Positions 12,308 to 26,286 are shown, counted from the whole stretch's first letter. The stretch: DNA of 59,068 nucleotides, filler included, from Basidiobolus ranarum (GCA_040143965.1; 2 parts of 2 records of this genome joined end to end with filler, not necessarily neighbours in it); one strand, 5' to 3'. Notes: a model not told the origin generated them from the sequence alone. Numbers and translations: made by a program.

Positions 12308-12864
12308 TGAATGATCCATCCGTACTTGTAAATTTCACTTCAGGTGATGTTCATGTCCATAATTGTAAAAATTTGGTAGGCTCTTTGTTGGGAAATTATC
12401 GTTCACTTGAATTGTACATTGATGGTTCCTATAACTTCTTACCAAACCTTATTGTATTCAACATAATAAACTCAATATCTCGATTTATTTGTTATCCATC
12501 GACTAGTCATGCCAATTAGCGACGGTCTGACTGCCCGATTCCAAATAAGACTAATCTGATCATCCACTGTCATCCATTAACTAATATGTACAATCTGACA
12601 TGGAAGTGACATACTGATTACTTCTCCTAGTCATAAGACCTCCAAATAGGCGCAAGTGTGTTTAACAATGGTTCAATAAGATTGCTAAAATCAATTTACT
12701 AAATGATAGATGGAATCTCTTAGTATTCAACCACGAAATTTCATGTACTCAGAGGAGAGTATAGGTGATCGAATGAGGTATGATTCTTCAACACATATAT
12801 ACATAGAGTGAGGCTTGGGGATGGGGATGGGCGGGAATAGATTATACAAGATTGTTGGTGATCC

Positions 12865-13982
12865 TTAGCGTCTTTGCTTCTTCATCTTCACCTGACATTC
12901 TTTACAATACCAAGCACCTTTAGGTGGATCTTTTAAACCAACACATTGATAATGAAACCATTCCAATTCACACTAAATAAATCCAATAAAATCCATTAAT
13001 CCATGAAATGAATTCGGTTTGTTAATAAATTCTTATACTTACATTATCATTATCACAAGCAATCATTTCACCAAACGATATCTGATTACAATAACAATAA
13101 GTAGGTTCATTCGGATCAATTCCAATTTCATGATTTCTATATTCAACATTAGTTTATCATATTTTAGAAATCTACAAAAAAAAATGGATTTCTTTACCGT
13201 TTAGTCACTTGCTCCAAAGGTTCTTCAATATCTTTCTTAGTATGTCGTGAGCTGGTGGAATTTTGTTGTGGTACTCTTGAAGGGGCTACATTTCCTTAAA
13301 TCAATGATAGGTGGGCTTGATGTCGATATGATAAAATAGAATTCTATTGAAAGGAGATTAACTCTACCTTTCTTATTTTCTTTTCGTTCGTGAGAGATAT
13401 CTTGGTTGGTTTCCTTAAGATTTTTATCACCACTAAGTACCTCCTGAAATCCAAGAAAATGATACTCCAAACGGTTCACATGACGGTCGACCTTTATAGT
13501 TTGTCAGTAGTTTTCAACCAAAATAGAAAATATCCAAAAATAAAAGAAAAAAAGATAAATCTAACAAATACCGTATCAGCAAGTTTCACAGCAAGGTTCA
13601 ATTTTTTCACTTCTTGTTTGGTATTTTCAGTAATACTTTGGTTTAATACTTTTAAACTAGAAATTCTTTCTTCTGTACTTTTCCTTTTATCTATCGTATT
13701 TAGAAAACCATCTAAAATACTTTCATACGTGTTATTGGTTTCTATTGTAAAAGGTTTTTATCAGTTTTAAACACGTTTTGAGAAAGTTTTGAAAGGAAAA
13801 ACTTACCGATAAAAGAACCTGCCACTTCTTTCCATAACGTGGAATTCCTTTGAAGTTCAGAGGGAAGTGAATCTAACGCTTGAAAATAATACAAATAATC
13901 GGTTCATTATTCACTCGTTTGAGTTGTAAAGAAAACGGGGGTTTCCGTGCTTACTATCGAAATAATCTTCTAGGTGATCCAT
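12865..13982 (-). CDS. ING-family (Yng2/Pho23/ING4-5-like) PHD-finger chromatin reader, ~7 exons
   Basis: Spliced: [20 protein letters not shown].../[21 protein letters not shown].../[52 protein letters not shown]; stop at 12865-12867. Confidence 0.92.
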
Positions 13983-14364
13983 ACGTGAACAAGTGAGAAG
14001 GGATCTTACTGTGTGCTACGTGCTACCTTCTGTATCTTATCTGAACATTAGAGCCTATAGCTAATCATAACCAATTATTATTCGCTTGGACCTGATTTTC
14101 ATTGAAATGATCGATCAATTCATCGATACTCTGATTTGTCTAAGAATTTCTATCTATATATATATCACACGTAAATCAAGTCTAGTTTATTTTTTTCTTG
14201 ATCAAAACTAAACTAAAACCCAATATTTACTAAATTGAAATGAAATGAAATGAAAATTTCCACTAATCCACCAAGATAAAAGTGAGTGTTAAAGAAGCGT
14301 ACTAGATACGTACTAGAGAGTATAGAATAATTATGAAGATTGAAAGTGTAGATTACGTGCTATC

Positions 14365-15862
14365 TCATGAACCAATAGATTGAACCCATTTTTCAATGTC
14401 AATCTTCTCGTTTTGTGTTCGAAGAACGTATGGATGTGACTATATGATGGAAATACATGTTAATACCTTCTGGGGAAACGGTAGGGGTTATTCACTTACC
14501 ATCAGTTCTTTGGGTGTGGGTCTTTTTGCTGGGTCCTTCACCAGGCTAAGATAAAATGTTACCACTTGCTTCAGAGAAAATCATGATCATTAAAAGACAA
14601 ACCATATTTGTATCAAGTGATCAAAATCAGATGGGAACTGTCCTGCGGGTAAGGATGGCATCTCTTCGTGAACAATGAATTCAAGTAACTCGAAAACCGA
14701 TAGTGGCTTCCCTTCTTGTGGAAATGGGAAACGACCAAGGGCAAGCTCAAGTAGTGATATTCCCAAGCTCCATACATCCGATTTGACAGTATAAGTAGCA
14801 CCTGAAATTCGTTCAGGCTATATCGATCATAACATTACTTAGATCCTACAATTCAAACCGAACTCAACAGTAAAGTCTACTAACCGACATGTATTGACTA
14901 GTACCAACAAATGTTTTGGCAATCGAATCTACAAGAATTCCTGATACTCCAAAGTCACAGATTTTCACTAGTCCCGCGGAATTTATTAGGATATTCGACG
15001 GCTTGACATCTAAACAACTCCCTTGAGTACTTGGTTCTTATTTCCTTTAAACATACACATAAATCATTACCTCTGTGTATAATACGGTGGTTATCGTAGA
15101 GATAGGTAAGGCCATCTAAAACCTAGAAGCAATGATTCAGTTCGAGTTTTCATCATATGAAGGGTGGTATGTATTAAATACTCACCGCATGAGTGATCTT
15201 TCCAAGGACGGGTTCAGGAATGGGCCCTGTTTTTTTGTATAGATAGTCGAGCGATCTATAGAAGATAAATGCAGAGTGAATAAAATAAGAAACCAAGTCA
15301 AATTGGTCCAAGAGCAATTACATACCCCATATCCATGTACTCCATACAAATGGAGAATTTCATATCATTTTCATGCATAAAAGCACCATAGAAAGATACA
15401 ATATGAGGGGAATTACAATCGTGCATGATTTGAAGCTCTCTAATAATCTGTTTTCTGACAGCCGCTTTTGCCTCTACGTGTACAATCTAGGAAAACGGAA
15501 ATATACGGACATAAAATCAATATCAGATTAGAAAGTAACAATGCAAGATTATCACCTACCTTTCTAGCCATTATCGTCTTGGTAGGAACGTGGAGAACTT
15601 TAGATACAGTCCCACCATTGCCTGAACCAAGTTCATGGATGGTTTGCAAATCTTCACGCCGTAAATCTAGTTTGAACTCTAAGCCAACCTCTAGATTGGA
15701 AAGTTGGTCGTAAAGAACTCCACTCCCAATACCAGACATATCTGCACTATAACGATTTCCCTGCTGTGTTATCGTACCATGAACTACTGGGGAATTCGTG
15801 AGTTCCAAATTCTTGAAATTACGCTTCTTACGGATATTTCTGGGCGTTGCAAAAGCACACAT
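14365..15862 (-). CDS. STE7: MAP kinase kinase, Ste7/Byr1/Fuz7 type
   Basis: N-terminal docking motif [36 protein letters not shown], activation loop [25 protein letters not shown]. Confidence 0.93.
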
Positions 15863-16698
15863 GATGACTCTTTTTTAAAATGAATGGTGCCTCTCGACTA
15901 AAAGAGATGATATAAAATACAATACAAAACCTCCAGAAATAGGGAGGAGACAATTAGGTTAAGAGAGTTAGGATACTCGAGGTAGATGAAGTTTAGCAAC
16001 AGGAACGATGGGCGAAAGGTATGAGGTGAAAATATATCTATATGTATATATAAATATATTAAGTAATACAATAAAATCGTAGGTAAGTGTGTGTACCTGT
16101 GTCAAGCTGAGGAGAGCAAAAGTAAGTTATTCTGATCCAGTATAGTGCGATTATTTCATCATACGTAGATAAACAGTTAGTGCAGGAAAATTGGGATATT
16201 CTATCATGATACTAACCCTAAGATATCATTGGCCTTGACGTAACACCTCCCCCTACCTCAGTGTACAATCTCAAAACGTAATTTGATCAAAAGAGGGGCT
16301 GAGGTTGTCATTTTTCAGATAGCTTGGTTGGCTGATACTCCCACTGATACAGTACTGATACTCAAGAGATCCTCGGTTTTGAACTCTTGACCCTTGAATT
16401 GACTAGTTTACTATTATGGCTTGGTTGACTCGAGACAGCTTATTTTAGCATTAGTTAATTAGCAATGTGTAGAGCACAAGATGCACTGAGAATTTATCCT
16501 TTGTTACACAGCACTGGTAATCTCTTTCATATATTATGTGGTGCGTATACCTAGAGCTTTATAGGTCTTCTTCCTCATAATATTTACACTAATAACTGCA
16601 CGTACAAATAGACACCGCTTGTTTGAGACATTTATTTACTTCATAATATACATTTGACCTGATTGATATTTGGCGATTACTTTGAACCGTCACTCATA

Positions 16699-18353
16699 TT
16701 ACCGACAATTTGTGGGTGACTCTACTCCATGTGGAAGGTATCTTTCATCAAAGTAACCCGGCTCTGAGTACATATGAGGCGACATCATAAATGGTGGACT
16801 GGCTGGATATTCTACCCCAGGTGCTAGTGGTGGAAAAGGGCTGCTAGGCATATGAGTGAAGCCCCAGGATTCACAAGGTGATGGAAAGCCTCGGAAAAGA
16901 GGTGACTGTACGATACGTAGCCGTTAGAAATCAATTGGTACTAAATTCAGTAAATATGATGTGTAAATACCTCTGGTAAGTAAGAAAAAGATTGACGTTG
17001 TCCCAAAGGAGATGGAGTGGTTTCAAAGGCAAGCTATGTAATTTTCATCATGTAATTAGAAAATGACAGAGTTATTAAGATTTTATGAACTGTACTTACG
17101 TTAGAAGATGAAGGAGTTGACATTTCTCTTCTCGGTAACTTTTGTTCATAAATATATTCAATAAATTTAGGTTTTCACAAAAAGTAAATTATGCAAAAGA
17201 CATACCTCTGGTGTCGAGTTAGCCCTTCTTGGACCAATAAGTCTAGATCTTCGTCTATCTGTTACGGACGGAACGGGTGAATTTTGTCTTGGAGCCTCTG
17301 GTTTAGGACTGGACCAGTCATCTATCCTTTTAGTGGGTTTGTCCAGTGAATTCTCCGGAAAACTTTTAATAGGCACGCTAGACTTTGGAGGAGAATAGAA
17401 ATGACTGTTAAGTATAATCGGTTCGGAGTTACGGTGTACAAAGCTATGCATTTCGCTAACTCGGGGGTGACGAGGATGTTTCTCATAAAGTGAGGAATTC
17501 GAATTAGCATAAAAGTTTTGTATATTCTCGTGTTTAATGGTGTGAGGAGTATGACTGCTTCGCTGTGTATTCCCAATTTCACTCCGTATCGTCCCAAGGG
17601 GAACCTCAGAATCAGGAAGCTTCGACATCTCTTTAGGAGGTTCCTTTTCCGAAACAGTTTCAGATTCCATGTTTTGACTGGTGTTCTCGAGAGGTGGAAG
17701 AGCATCTTCTGATTCTTTCATTTGATAGAGAATCTCTTTAGGGGTCAAAGTGATTCTATGAACGGCTGGCTTGGGCAGATTCGGTGGTTTGGGGGCATTG
17801 TTCTGCAAGATATAAAAAAGGTTATTGGAGGTTGACTTTCAGTATTATATCAATATCTTGAACTTACTCCTGGATGAAAGGTAAACTCAAAATAAATATC
17901 GCCAGCAGGTAGTCCCTGCGAGGTCAATCCAAACCATCCTATCAATTACGACAATGAGTTGGGTGTGTCAAAATTCGGTTACCGAAGAAACTTACCATCC
18001 CACTGATAGCTCTGTAGCACTGGCGAGAAATCAATAGTGCGCTGACCGATCAATGAGCTATCGCGTAGGTTCTGATCCAAACATTGTACCCTTAAGACGG
18101 TATCCTCCTCGAACACATCAAATTTGAAGACATCCTCCCAACAAGGCTTTTGCCCACCATTTTTGTCCGCTTTAGTGCGTTGATTACGAACACCGTATTC
18201 GACAAGGATATAGGGATCCTGCTTGCCTATCTTCTGAACCACGCGCAAGCCTCGACCTTGACATGGTTTTATTTCCAACACACCTAAATGCTTTTTGGGT
18301 TTTCTCTTCCCTTTGTGCATTAACATAAAGAGGGGGGGTACTTGTGTCGACAT
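16699..18353 (-). CDS. C2-domain protein with Pro-rich tail (Inn1/Fic1 ingression-protein-like)
   Basis: IGKQDPYILVEYG...RTKADKNGGQKPCWED C2 domain, then long disordered PxxP-rich exons; last exon ends TAA at 16699. Confidence 0.8.
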
Positions 18354-19590
18354 TGTGGAGCCTAGCAAGTAAAGAGAGTGTAAAAAGTGATCATCGACAG
18401 GCGGGAACCAGTGTAGTTATAAGACTTAGGAAAAGGAAAACCCGAATTAGGAAGCATACACAAATGAATTGTGTATATGCATAAATGGTTTGTATATACT
18501 ACAATGGCAATGATCTTGAGACAAAACTATATCGATCCCCATTCACATCGCTACTGAACCACAAAATCCACGCGCGCCATCAGCTATTTGGCTGTAACTA
18601 GGATTAAGTAACAAAGCGATTTCCAAGTAGAGAATGAGAGGCGTAAATATAGCACTCAATGAAGACGAAGTTAAAACCTCGAAATCGCGATCAAAACCGG
18701 ACAAAAATAAACAGATGATTGGTTTGATGGCTGGTGATTGGCTTATTCGGACTAATCATGTTAATTTAATCTCGTAGTCAACAAACGAGATCGATTCAAG
18801 CTACTACTCGTATTGCTACTCGTCAGCCTTTGCTTACACTTGAATGATTAGACTTCTTTAAGAATTCGCGATGTATTTCGCGGTGTTTCGTATTTCGTGA
18901 TCTGCTTTCCCTAATAATAGTTTGGAGTTTTTAATTAGCGCTTTTATTTTATGACTGAGTAAACTTTTGTCAATCAAAAACTTAACCACGAGTATCCAAT
19001 GATTACTTTGAGTAGATGTGAATTCAATCAAAATATACCATTATGAGATAACCCTCCCAACATCGATACCCTTTCACCCTCCCCTCTTCTTAATCTGTGC
19101 GTCTAATATGACTCTCTGACTACCATTATTCACTCTTCCCTTTTGTTGATGGTTTGATACTGACTAACGAGAAAGAATTCACTACCAAAGATATCGATCT
19201 GACAGTGTATTAAAGAATATCGTTAATATCGAGATAGATTCTTCAAAAAGAATGTTTAATCTATCTATATATATATGATGTCCTATTTTCGAGTTGTTTC
19301 ACTTATAAACACTTTCTCTACCTTTTTCGCAATAAAAACTAGCATATATAAGGTTTCTCAATACTCATCAATGTTTGATAAAGTGGAATGTTCTATTATC
19401 AATCCTTTAACAAGTATATTATCTACAATATTGGTATAATAAAGTAAAATCGCAGTGTTTCACTGAACAACAAGGAAATCATATGTAAAAAAGAATTTGC
19501 TCAAGGCGGTGGAAAGTGGAAATAAACAGTAATAGCAACATAAATAGTAATCCCCTTGAAAGTGATCGGATGTAGATTGAATGAGTCAGT

Positions 19591-22535
19591 CTACCAAAGT
19601 TCTACTTTAGAGGGTGGGGTACCTTGTGCTCTTGCTTCCCAATAACCACCAGTATATTGCCAGGACTCGTGTTCTGGGGAATGAGGGTCCGCTCTCTTTT
19701 CAAACCACTGAGGTGTCCAAGTTTCACCCGCAGCTTCCATCTGTTTTCTACGTTCTCGTTGTAATTGTTCAAGTCGTAGTTTCTCTTCATCAGCCTTATC
19801 AACCTCACCAAGTTCAAAAAGTCGTTGATCAGGACGATAGCGAGTGTCGGTATGAGGTAGTTTGTCTTTGATGTCTGCGGTGATTTCATTTAATTCCATG
19901 GAAAATTGAGTAAACCCGTAGTAATCAGAAGCATTTGAAAGTGGTGGATGAACATGCCAAATGACTTCATATTTATCTTCCCCATATTCAGTCCAGAAAG
20001 CGTGATTCCACTTGCCGCTGAGAGTTCTCACAACCTCTCCTTGAGCATTGTACAATGATGCTTGAACCTCATTATTCGATGATTTGAAAAAGGTTCCTTC
20101 TTTGAAGGTCAGTATACTGTACTCATTGGTAGTGTGGTTGGTGATGCGTACATCCCCCGAATGTTCCAAATAACGAGTGCCCGCCAGCATGTTTCGTACC
20201 CAGGTGGAGGGTTTAGAGTACGTATAAAGTTCATTATGCTTTGGTAATTCTACGTGAACAGTTCCACTTGGGATCATTTCAATCGATTTCCCCCAAAATT
20301 TACTCTTGATACTCGATTCTTGCCAGAATTTGTAGTGAGGTGATTCCGCGTAACAAGCCATGATCGGTGGATGATGGAGAACTTTCTCGGCGATGAATTT
20401 GAATCCTTTATCTGGCCTGTCGCATTCGTAGGTCTCACCAAGAAGAGGGTTAAATGGTTTTCTACCTGTTCGTGATTGACTAGATCCGTAGGCAGATAAT
20501 GCAAATGCTGTAACATATGCTAAACGATCGATGGAATCCGACGCCTCAGATGCCTTGTCAAGTAGTTCACTGTATTCAAGTTCTTCGCATAGTCGTTGTA
20601 GTAGATTTAACGGTTCGTTGAGGGCAACAGGCATGGCCACAGAAGACAGATCTTTTCCAACGTTTTTACGAAGAATTGACATAATGCTAACATCCGGTCC
20701 GGATACGGGAGAGGGAAGGGCTCTGCGACGATGGATCAGCTGTAGCGAATCCTTTCCAGAATGCAAATGAGTTATTGTTGAATCTTGGGGCTTAGAGGGT
20801 TCACATGCTTCCATCAAACTATCGTCATCATCGTCATCATCATCAATCTGCGATGAATCCTCGGTGCAAAGCATTCCATCTTGATCATCATCTCCAGATA
20901 TGCCTTCAGAAATAATTATCTCGGTAGCATCAAAGAATTCGTCCTCTCCGGTTGCAGCAGAGGAAGCAACAGACATTGGACGACTGTTACATCTATCGAT
21001 AGATACGCGACCGTTGCTACCAACATCATCCTTGAGATTTTCATTTTCTCGTGAAAGGATAGCAACTGTATTTTCTAAGGAGGAGCTTTTATTAGCTTCA
21101 TCAAACAGCATATCACGTAAATAGATATTGCTATTCTCTATATTCAAGAGGCAGCTTTCCAATTGCTCTACCAGATGCAGTGTCGTAGAAGGCGTAGCGT
21201 TACCATTTTCTGTAGCACCTAAGGAATAATGTGGTTAGTATAGTTAACCTGATGAACATAAACTTGTAGAAAAATACCTGAGTTGCTGGGTGGAGTTTCG
21301 AGAGATTGTTTGATGGAATTGATAAAGTTTTTGGCGTTGCTTAGATGTAATGCTAAAATATTGTATACCTCCTTCCCTTTACTATAAGTAGGTGACGGTT
21401 CTGAGATGTTCATGGCTCCTTGGCGCAGTGTGGAGATACGCAGACCCTCGTTGACCGACTTTACGGAGTTGGAAGTATCATTTTGCAAACTATCGCCGAC
21501 AACTTTGTCCCCGGATTGCTTAGAATATTTACCTATAACATTCATCCATTGCTCAAAGTCCTCAGCATTCAAAGCCTTCAAATTGTATAAACAGGATCCA
21601 CTATCAATGTTTATAATCCGAAGACTGGGGACAACATATATCACTGACAGTGGTATCTGAATAGACCCACGACAGTAACTTTGAGGATTCTTGAAATAAG
21701 ATAGTACACCTTTATCAATTTGTACCCAGCGCTTAGCCCAACCTGTTTGTTTAGTTAGTTAGTTGATATTGAGTTACAATCACGTTTAACACGTATATAC
21801 CAACCTTGTATCTTCTTTCTTTTCTTTTTAAGGAGCCAGCCACTAATCTCGGGCTCATTCTTTTTCTCCTCAGGACCTGTTAAATAAGAATAACATGATT
21901 AACCAAATGTTCGAAAATAGGCAAAAAATGAGGATTTTACCATCTTTAAGCCCGACAAAGAACGTTAGTTTTTTCGATGTATTACGAGAGAAAGAATTAT
22001 CTACATAAAGGAAAATAAGTATGATACGAATATAAGACTATACGTGATATATTTCTTTACCGAAGCATAAAACATAAGTTCCAGGCTCTTGAACTAGATG
22101 TGAGCCTTTAATGGTTGTTTTTGAAGACTCGTAATGACCGATGGGAATTATCTCAACGAGGCTAGGATCTTTAGTAGCAAGAAAGATGGTGGATGACTTT
22201 CGGATAGTCTTTGGAACAGGATTTTGAGAGTCTTGAAGACTAAGTATTGAAGTACTATCATCGCCTAATTCACAGTCGGCGCTTTCCGGAGCGAGAGAGT
22301 TGGAAGCAGGACCTCCATTGGGAACATTCCCAGCTCTAGGGGGGAGAAGATTTAAGCTGGTTGAAGACGCGATAAACAAGTCCGAAGAAGAGGTGACTTG
22401 TTCTCTTCGGTAATAGAGACCAAAAGAGATGTTCTTTCTCTTTGTTGAAAAATACCACAACAGATTCTTTCCCTTTTGGTCGACATATATGTAATGTTGA
22501 AAGATTTCTCTCGGTGGAACTTCTACTTCCTGCAT
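19591..22535 (-). CDS. OSH3: Oxysterol-binding protein-related lipid transfer protein (GOLD + PH + ORD), Osh3 type
   Basis: GOLD (LLWYFSTKRKNISFGL...GTYVLCFDN), PH (GWLLKKKRKKIQGWAKRW), FFAT-like DEFFDA, ORD motifs KPFNPLLGETYE, AEKVLHHPP, DTRYRPDQR. Confidence 0.95.
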
Positions 22536-23054
22536 TTCACTTTTCCTTTAGTACTTTTGTATGATAACTGGAATAACGGACACAAAATTCAATATTTAGA
22601 TAATTTCGAAACTGAGAGCAATATCAAGTGTAGACACGTGCAGTTTGTTTGAGGATCGAATTGGCAGATTGACGGGATTCTCACTACTCATGAGCCGAGC
22701 TAATGGCATAGCCTTCGCCCGGATATTTAGCTACCAATTAATCCTAAGAAACATTTCTAGAATCTAGTTGAGGAACGAAAGGAAATCCGCCATTCATCCA
22801 GATTAATAATAGTTTGTCTCGATCCAAATCTGGATATTTTATCAGTCAAGATCTCAAAGACTTTCTTGGCAGCTTTTCTTGCATAGCTTAAACAAAAAAC
22901 TAAATATACACATTATTATGTTATTCGATGTTGAGAACCAAATGTTTACTTGGATTTTTGAGCTGCAATAAATTTACTATACAATACTTGTCTCAGTAGG
23001 AGGTTAAGTTCCGACATGTACTGTGATTAAAATGCCATGTTGCTAGATACTTCA

Positions 23055-23927
23055 CTATAATTGAGATGCTCCTGTAAGCTGAATCAGGAGCTCTTTACAT
23101 GCCATTTTTTTGGCTTCCTTTTTACGTATTGAGCTAGCGTATCCTGACCAACGGATACCCTTATTGTATACAACTACCTCGCATTTATATACTATTTTTT
23201 TATCGTCACCAATGTCTACGTTCTCGATATATATTGGAGGCTCCAGTTCAGGACAGTATTTTACCAAGAAATTCGACAAGGCTCCAATGTAATTACCTGG
23301 TGGAGGCAGACTTACTACGAAGTCTTCTGGTAATTCAAATTTGGGTCGATTTTCCTCAGCAATCATATCGGCTGGACAAGCCTTTGTCGCAATATCATCT
23401 TCCTTCGGTCTTTCGTCACTCCCCTCGGGACATACTGATTCTTTAACCTTAGAGCATGTTCTCTCTTCGCCGCTATGTAGTTTTATTGTAATATCGGTGA
23501 CATCCCTCCATATTGGTGTTAGAATGTTCTTTACACATTCTCCCCCAAACTCTAGAAATATCAAACCCAGTATTGCTTTGACCAAGGTCGCTTGTAAAGT
23601 AGATGAGATTAGAGTGTATGGATACTCAAAGCAACATTTCAAATTCAAAGATTCGCCTATCAGAGGTAGTAAATAGTTGAGTATTCTATTGAGGTTCGTT
23701 GTCACAAAGATATTCCTCTTTAATTTCTCTTTTAAAAACTCGTTCCAAATGATGGATTCACCTATCTCTTGATATCTTGAATGAACCTCTTTCAAGTTTG
23801 AAAATATCAATAAATCTCGATATAAATTCATATTCGAATGAATATTGGATACGTTTGGTGTAACATTCTTGGATATGGATTCCATCAATGGTTTAATGTT
23901 CACTTTATCGTTCAGTTCGAGGTTCAT
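23055..23927 (-). CDS. Intronless RNase III-like domain + dsRNA-binding domain protein, catalytic signature degenerate
   Basis: SRYQEIGESII aligns with ERLEFLGDAVL and ATLVKAILGLIFLEFG with ADxxEAxIGAIYLDxG; C-terminal dsRBD NYIGALSNF...P.Y...YKCEVVV...KKEAKKMACKELLIQL. First ATG at 23927. Confidence 0.7.
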   Translation of the reverse strand: MNLELNDKVNIKPLMESISKNVTPNVSNIHSNMNLYRDLLIFSNLKEVHSRYQEIGESIIWNEFLKEKLKRNIFVTTNLNRILNYLLPLIGESLNLKCCFEYPYTLISSTLQATLVKAILGLIFLEFGGECVKNILTPIWRDVTDITIKLHSGEERTCSKVKESVCPEGSDERPKEDDIATKACPADMIAEENRPKFELPEDFVVSLPPPGNYIGALSNFLVKYCPELEPPIYIENVDIGDDKKIVYKCEVVVYNKGIRWSGYASSIRKKEAKKMACKELLIQLTGASQL

Positions 23928-24397
23928 TCTATGATTAAGGAGGCACAAGGAGTCACTAGAATCACGTTAAGAGCTCTCTTTATCTCTGGATTCTTCGTAG
24001 CAATTTATCCGTTGATTTAGCTTGGACAGTATCTCACTCGTATCCCATTCGAGTTCGCATCCACATCACCATCATATCATGAATCTTAAAAATGAGGTGT
24101 CGTGAGTTAAGAAAAGGCAGCAATTGGAATTTTCAATGACTTCCTTCATGATGATCCAAAAGATCTAGTGACTGCTCCCTATCATCACAAAAAAATTCCC
24201 CCACGTGATACGAGAGAAAGGAAACCTTTTTGATGGGTGGATTGGATAGGCTCAAAAGTCCCCCCATTCGAGAGAATTCGTTCTTTCTCTTCTGAACTCC
24301 GTTCATTTAGTTTTTGACAAGGTACTCTATCCATTACATTGTAGAATCCATCCGTTAGAAACTGTCGACTAATTAAACTTTGAGTGTAGTGTTGAAA

Positions 24398-24912
24398 ATG
24401 GAGGCTGTTCAAACTTTCGGTCGCAAGGTAATTAAATACTGAATATGTTCTGGAAATGCCAGGATATTTCTCTGATTCATATGAATTCGTTAATTGATGT
24501 TCTTTGGGAAATCTTATAGAAAACCGCTACCGCCGTTGCTTTCTGCAAGCGTGGAAAGGGTATGATCCGTATCAACGGATCTCCCATCGAGCTTGTTGAA
24601 CCTGAAATCCTCAAATTCAAGGTTTACGAACCCATCCTTATCCTTGGTGAGGACAAGTTCGCTGATGTTGATATCAGAGTTCGCGTTCGTGGTGGTGGTC
24701 ACACTTCCCAAATCTATGCCATCCGTCAAGCTATTGCCAAGGCCATCGTTGCCTTCTACCAAAAGTTCGTCGATGAAGCTTCCAAGAAGGAGATCAAGGA
24801 AAAGCTCATCGCCTACGACAGAACTTTACTCGTCGCTGATCCTAGACGTTGCGAGCCCAAGAAGTTCGGAGGTCCAGGTGCTCGTGCCAGATACCAAAAA
24901 TCTTACCGTTAA
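24398..24912 (+). CDS. RPS16: 40S ribosomal protein uS9 (S16), 2 exons
   Basis: [10 protein letters not shown], intron 24428-24519, KTATAVA...[18 protein letters not shown]. Confidence 0.98.
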
Positions 24913-26286
24913 TCTGGAGTTTGTTTACTGTGCATTGTCTCAATGCTATCACTTATCCAGAATGTCCAATAAAGACAATTTATATATGCATTTATTTCAC
25001 TTTCGTTTGATTTTTGAATGAGTACGGTCTGAGTGTATGCGCCTGATTGCATACGCCACTTCAGTTGATTTACTACATGAATGAGTGTTATAACTTGAAT
25101 ATTTATGAATTGGTTACAGCTTTATCTGAAAGAACTGATTATTGTTACTTTGCCATCGAATCATGCTAAAAACTATGAACCCTCATTCTTACTTTTTTTG
25201 AACCCCCATTCTTGCTCAATTCAACATAGTAGATCACTTTGTCTATCCATCCCATTCGCCTGGTACTTTACTGGTGAAAGGTAGATTACTCACCGTTACC
25301 ATTAAAATACCATCGCTACCATACCATCCGGCTATCTCCTCATCCCGTTTGAATCGAGAAAATAGAATCACGACAATTCATGACGTGTGAATATTCCATA
25401 GTACATGAAGTATTTTCTAGTTCTAGTCCCAAAATGGACAATCCAAGCAGCATTGCATCCGATACGTTTATCTGACCCAACAAATGCCAAAAACATCCCA
25501 TTCCTTTCACCTTGTATCTTTCGGATTGACGTTGAGACGACACACACACATATTCTCTCTCTTTAGCGATGATAAGGAATTTCGATGGGAAACTAGCCAT
25601 TTTTGGAAGGTTGAATTGATGAGGTTGGGAGAGGCTTTGAAGGGAGTATATCCATTATGAGGCACTCCGAAGATGTCTTTTCATATTGCCAAAGCTGTCT
25701 TTAATATATCGAAAGCAATCTCAGTCAAAGTTGTGTTCTGCCTCAAATAAGTAAATCACTTTACCTGATTCGCCAATAAGCTATCAAGGTTGCAGTTGAT
25801 ATTTTCCTAAGGGTTTTCACTGTTGGCCAATGAAGTTGGAAGCATTACCACCATGATATTAATGCCACATGATTGGAGGAGAGGCACCTACGCAATAGTA
25901 TTGAGAGAGAGCAAAGTTTAAATTAATCCCCAAACTATTTTGTAAACATGGTGCATTTTCACGTGAGAATGAGCGAGTTTCGCAGATCTGAATAGCATCA
26001 ATATGTTCAAGTTAGAGAGTGTTTGTCAGTGGTTTGTGTTACTGAAGAGTGGTTGTAACTAACCCTAAGGAAGCTAACAACTAATATATCCCGGAATAAT
26101 CGAGTTAATTATTATTATTATTAAACCTGACTCTGAACCAAACTAGCGGGTCTCGGTTGATATCTTATCTAAGGAATACGGACATTTCTATATATATTAA
26201 AATAGAGGATGCTATTACTGTTGGTGTTCTCCAAACTTGGATCTAATCTCGTTAAGGATATCAGCTACCAATGGGAGGTTTATGTT

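Noticed and set aside
12307-12358. SECIS-like ATGA...AAA...TGAT after the TGA-containing gene
   Set aside because: Helix II does not pair, and the TGA is not in a redox-type motif.
25340-25860. Coding-like minus-strand fragments
   Set aside because: Multiple stops and no recognisable motif.
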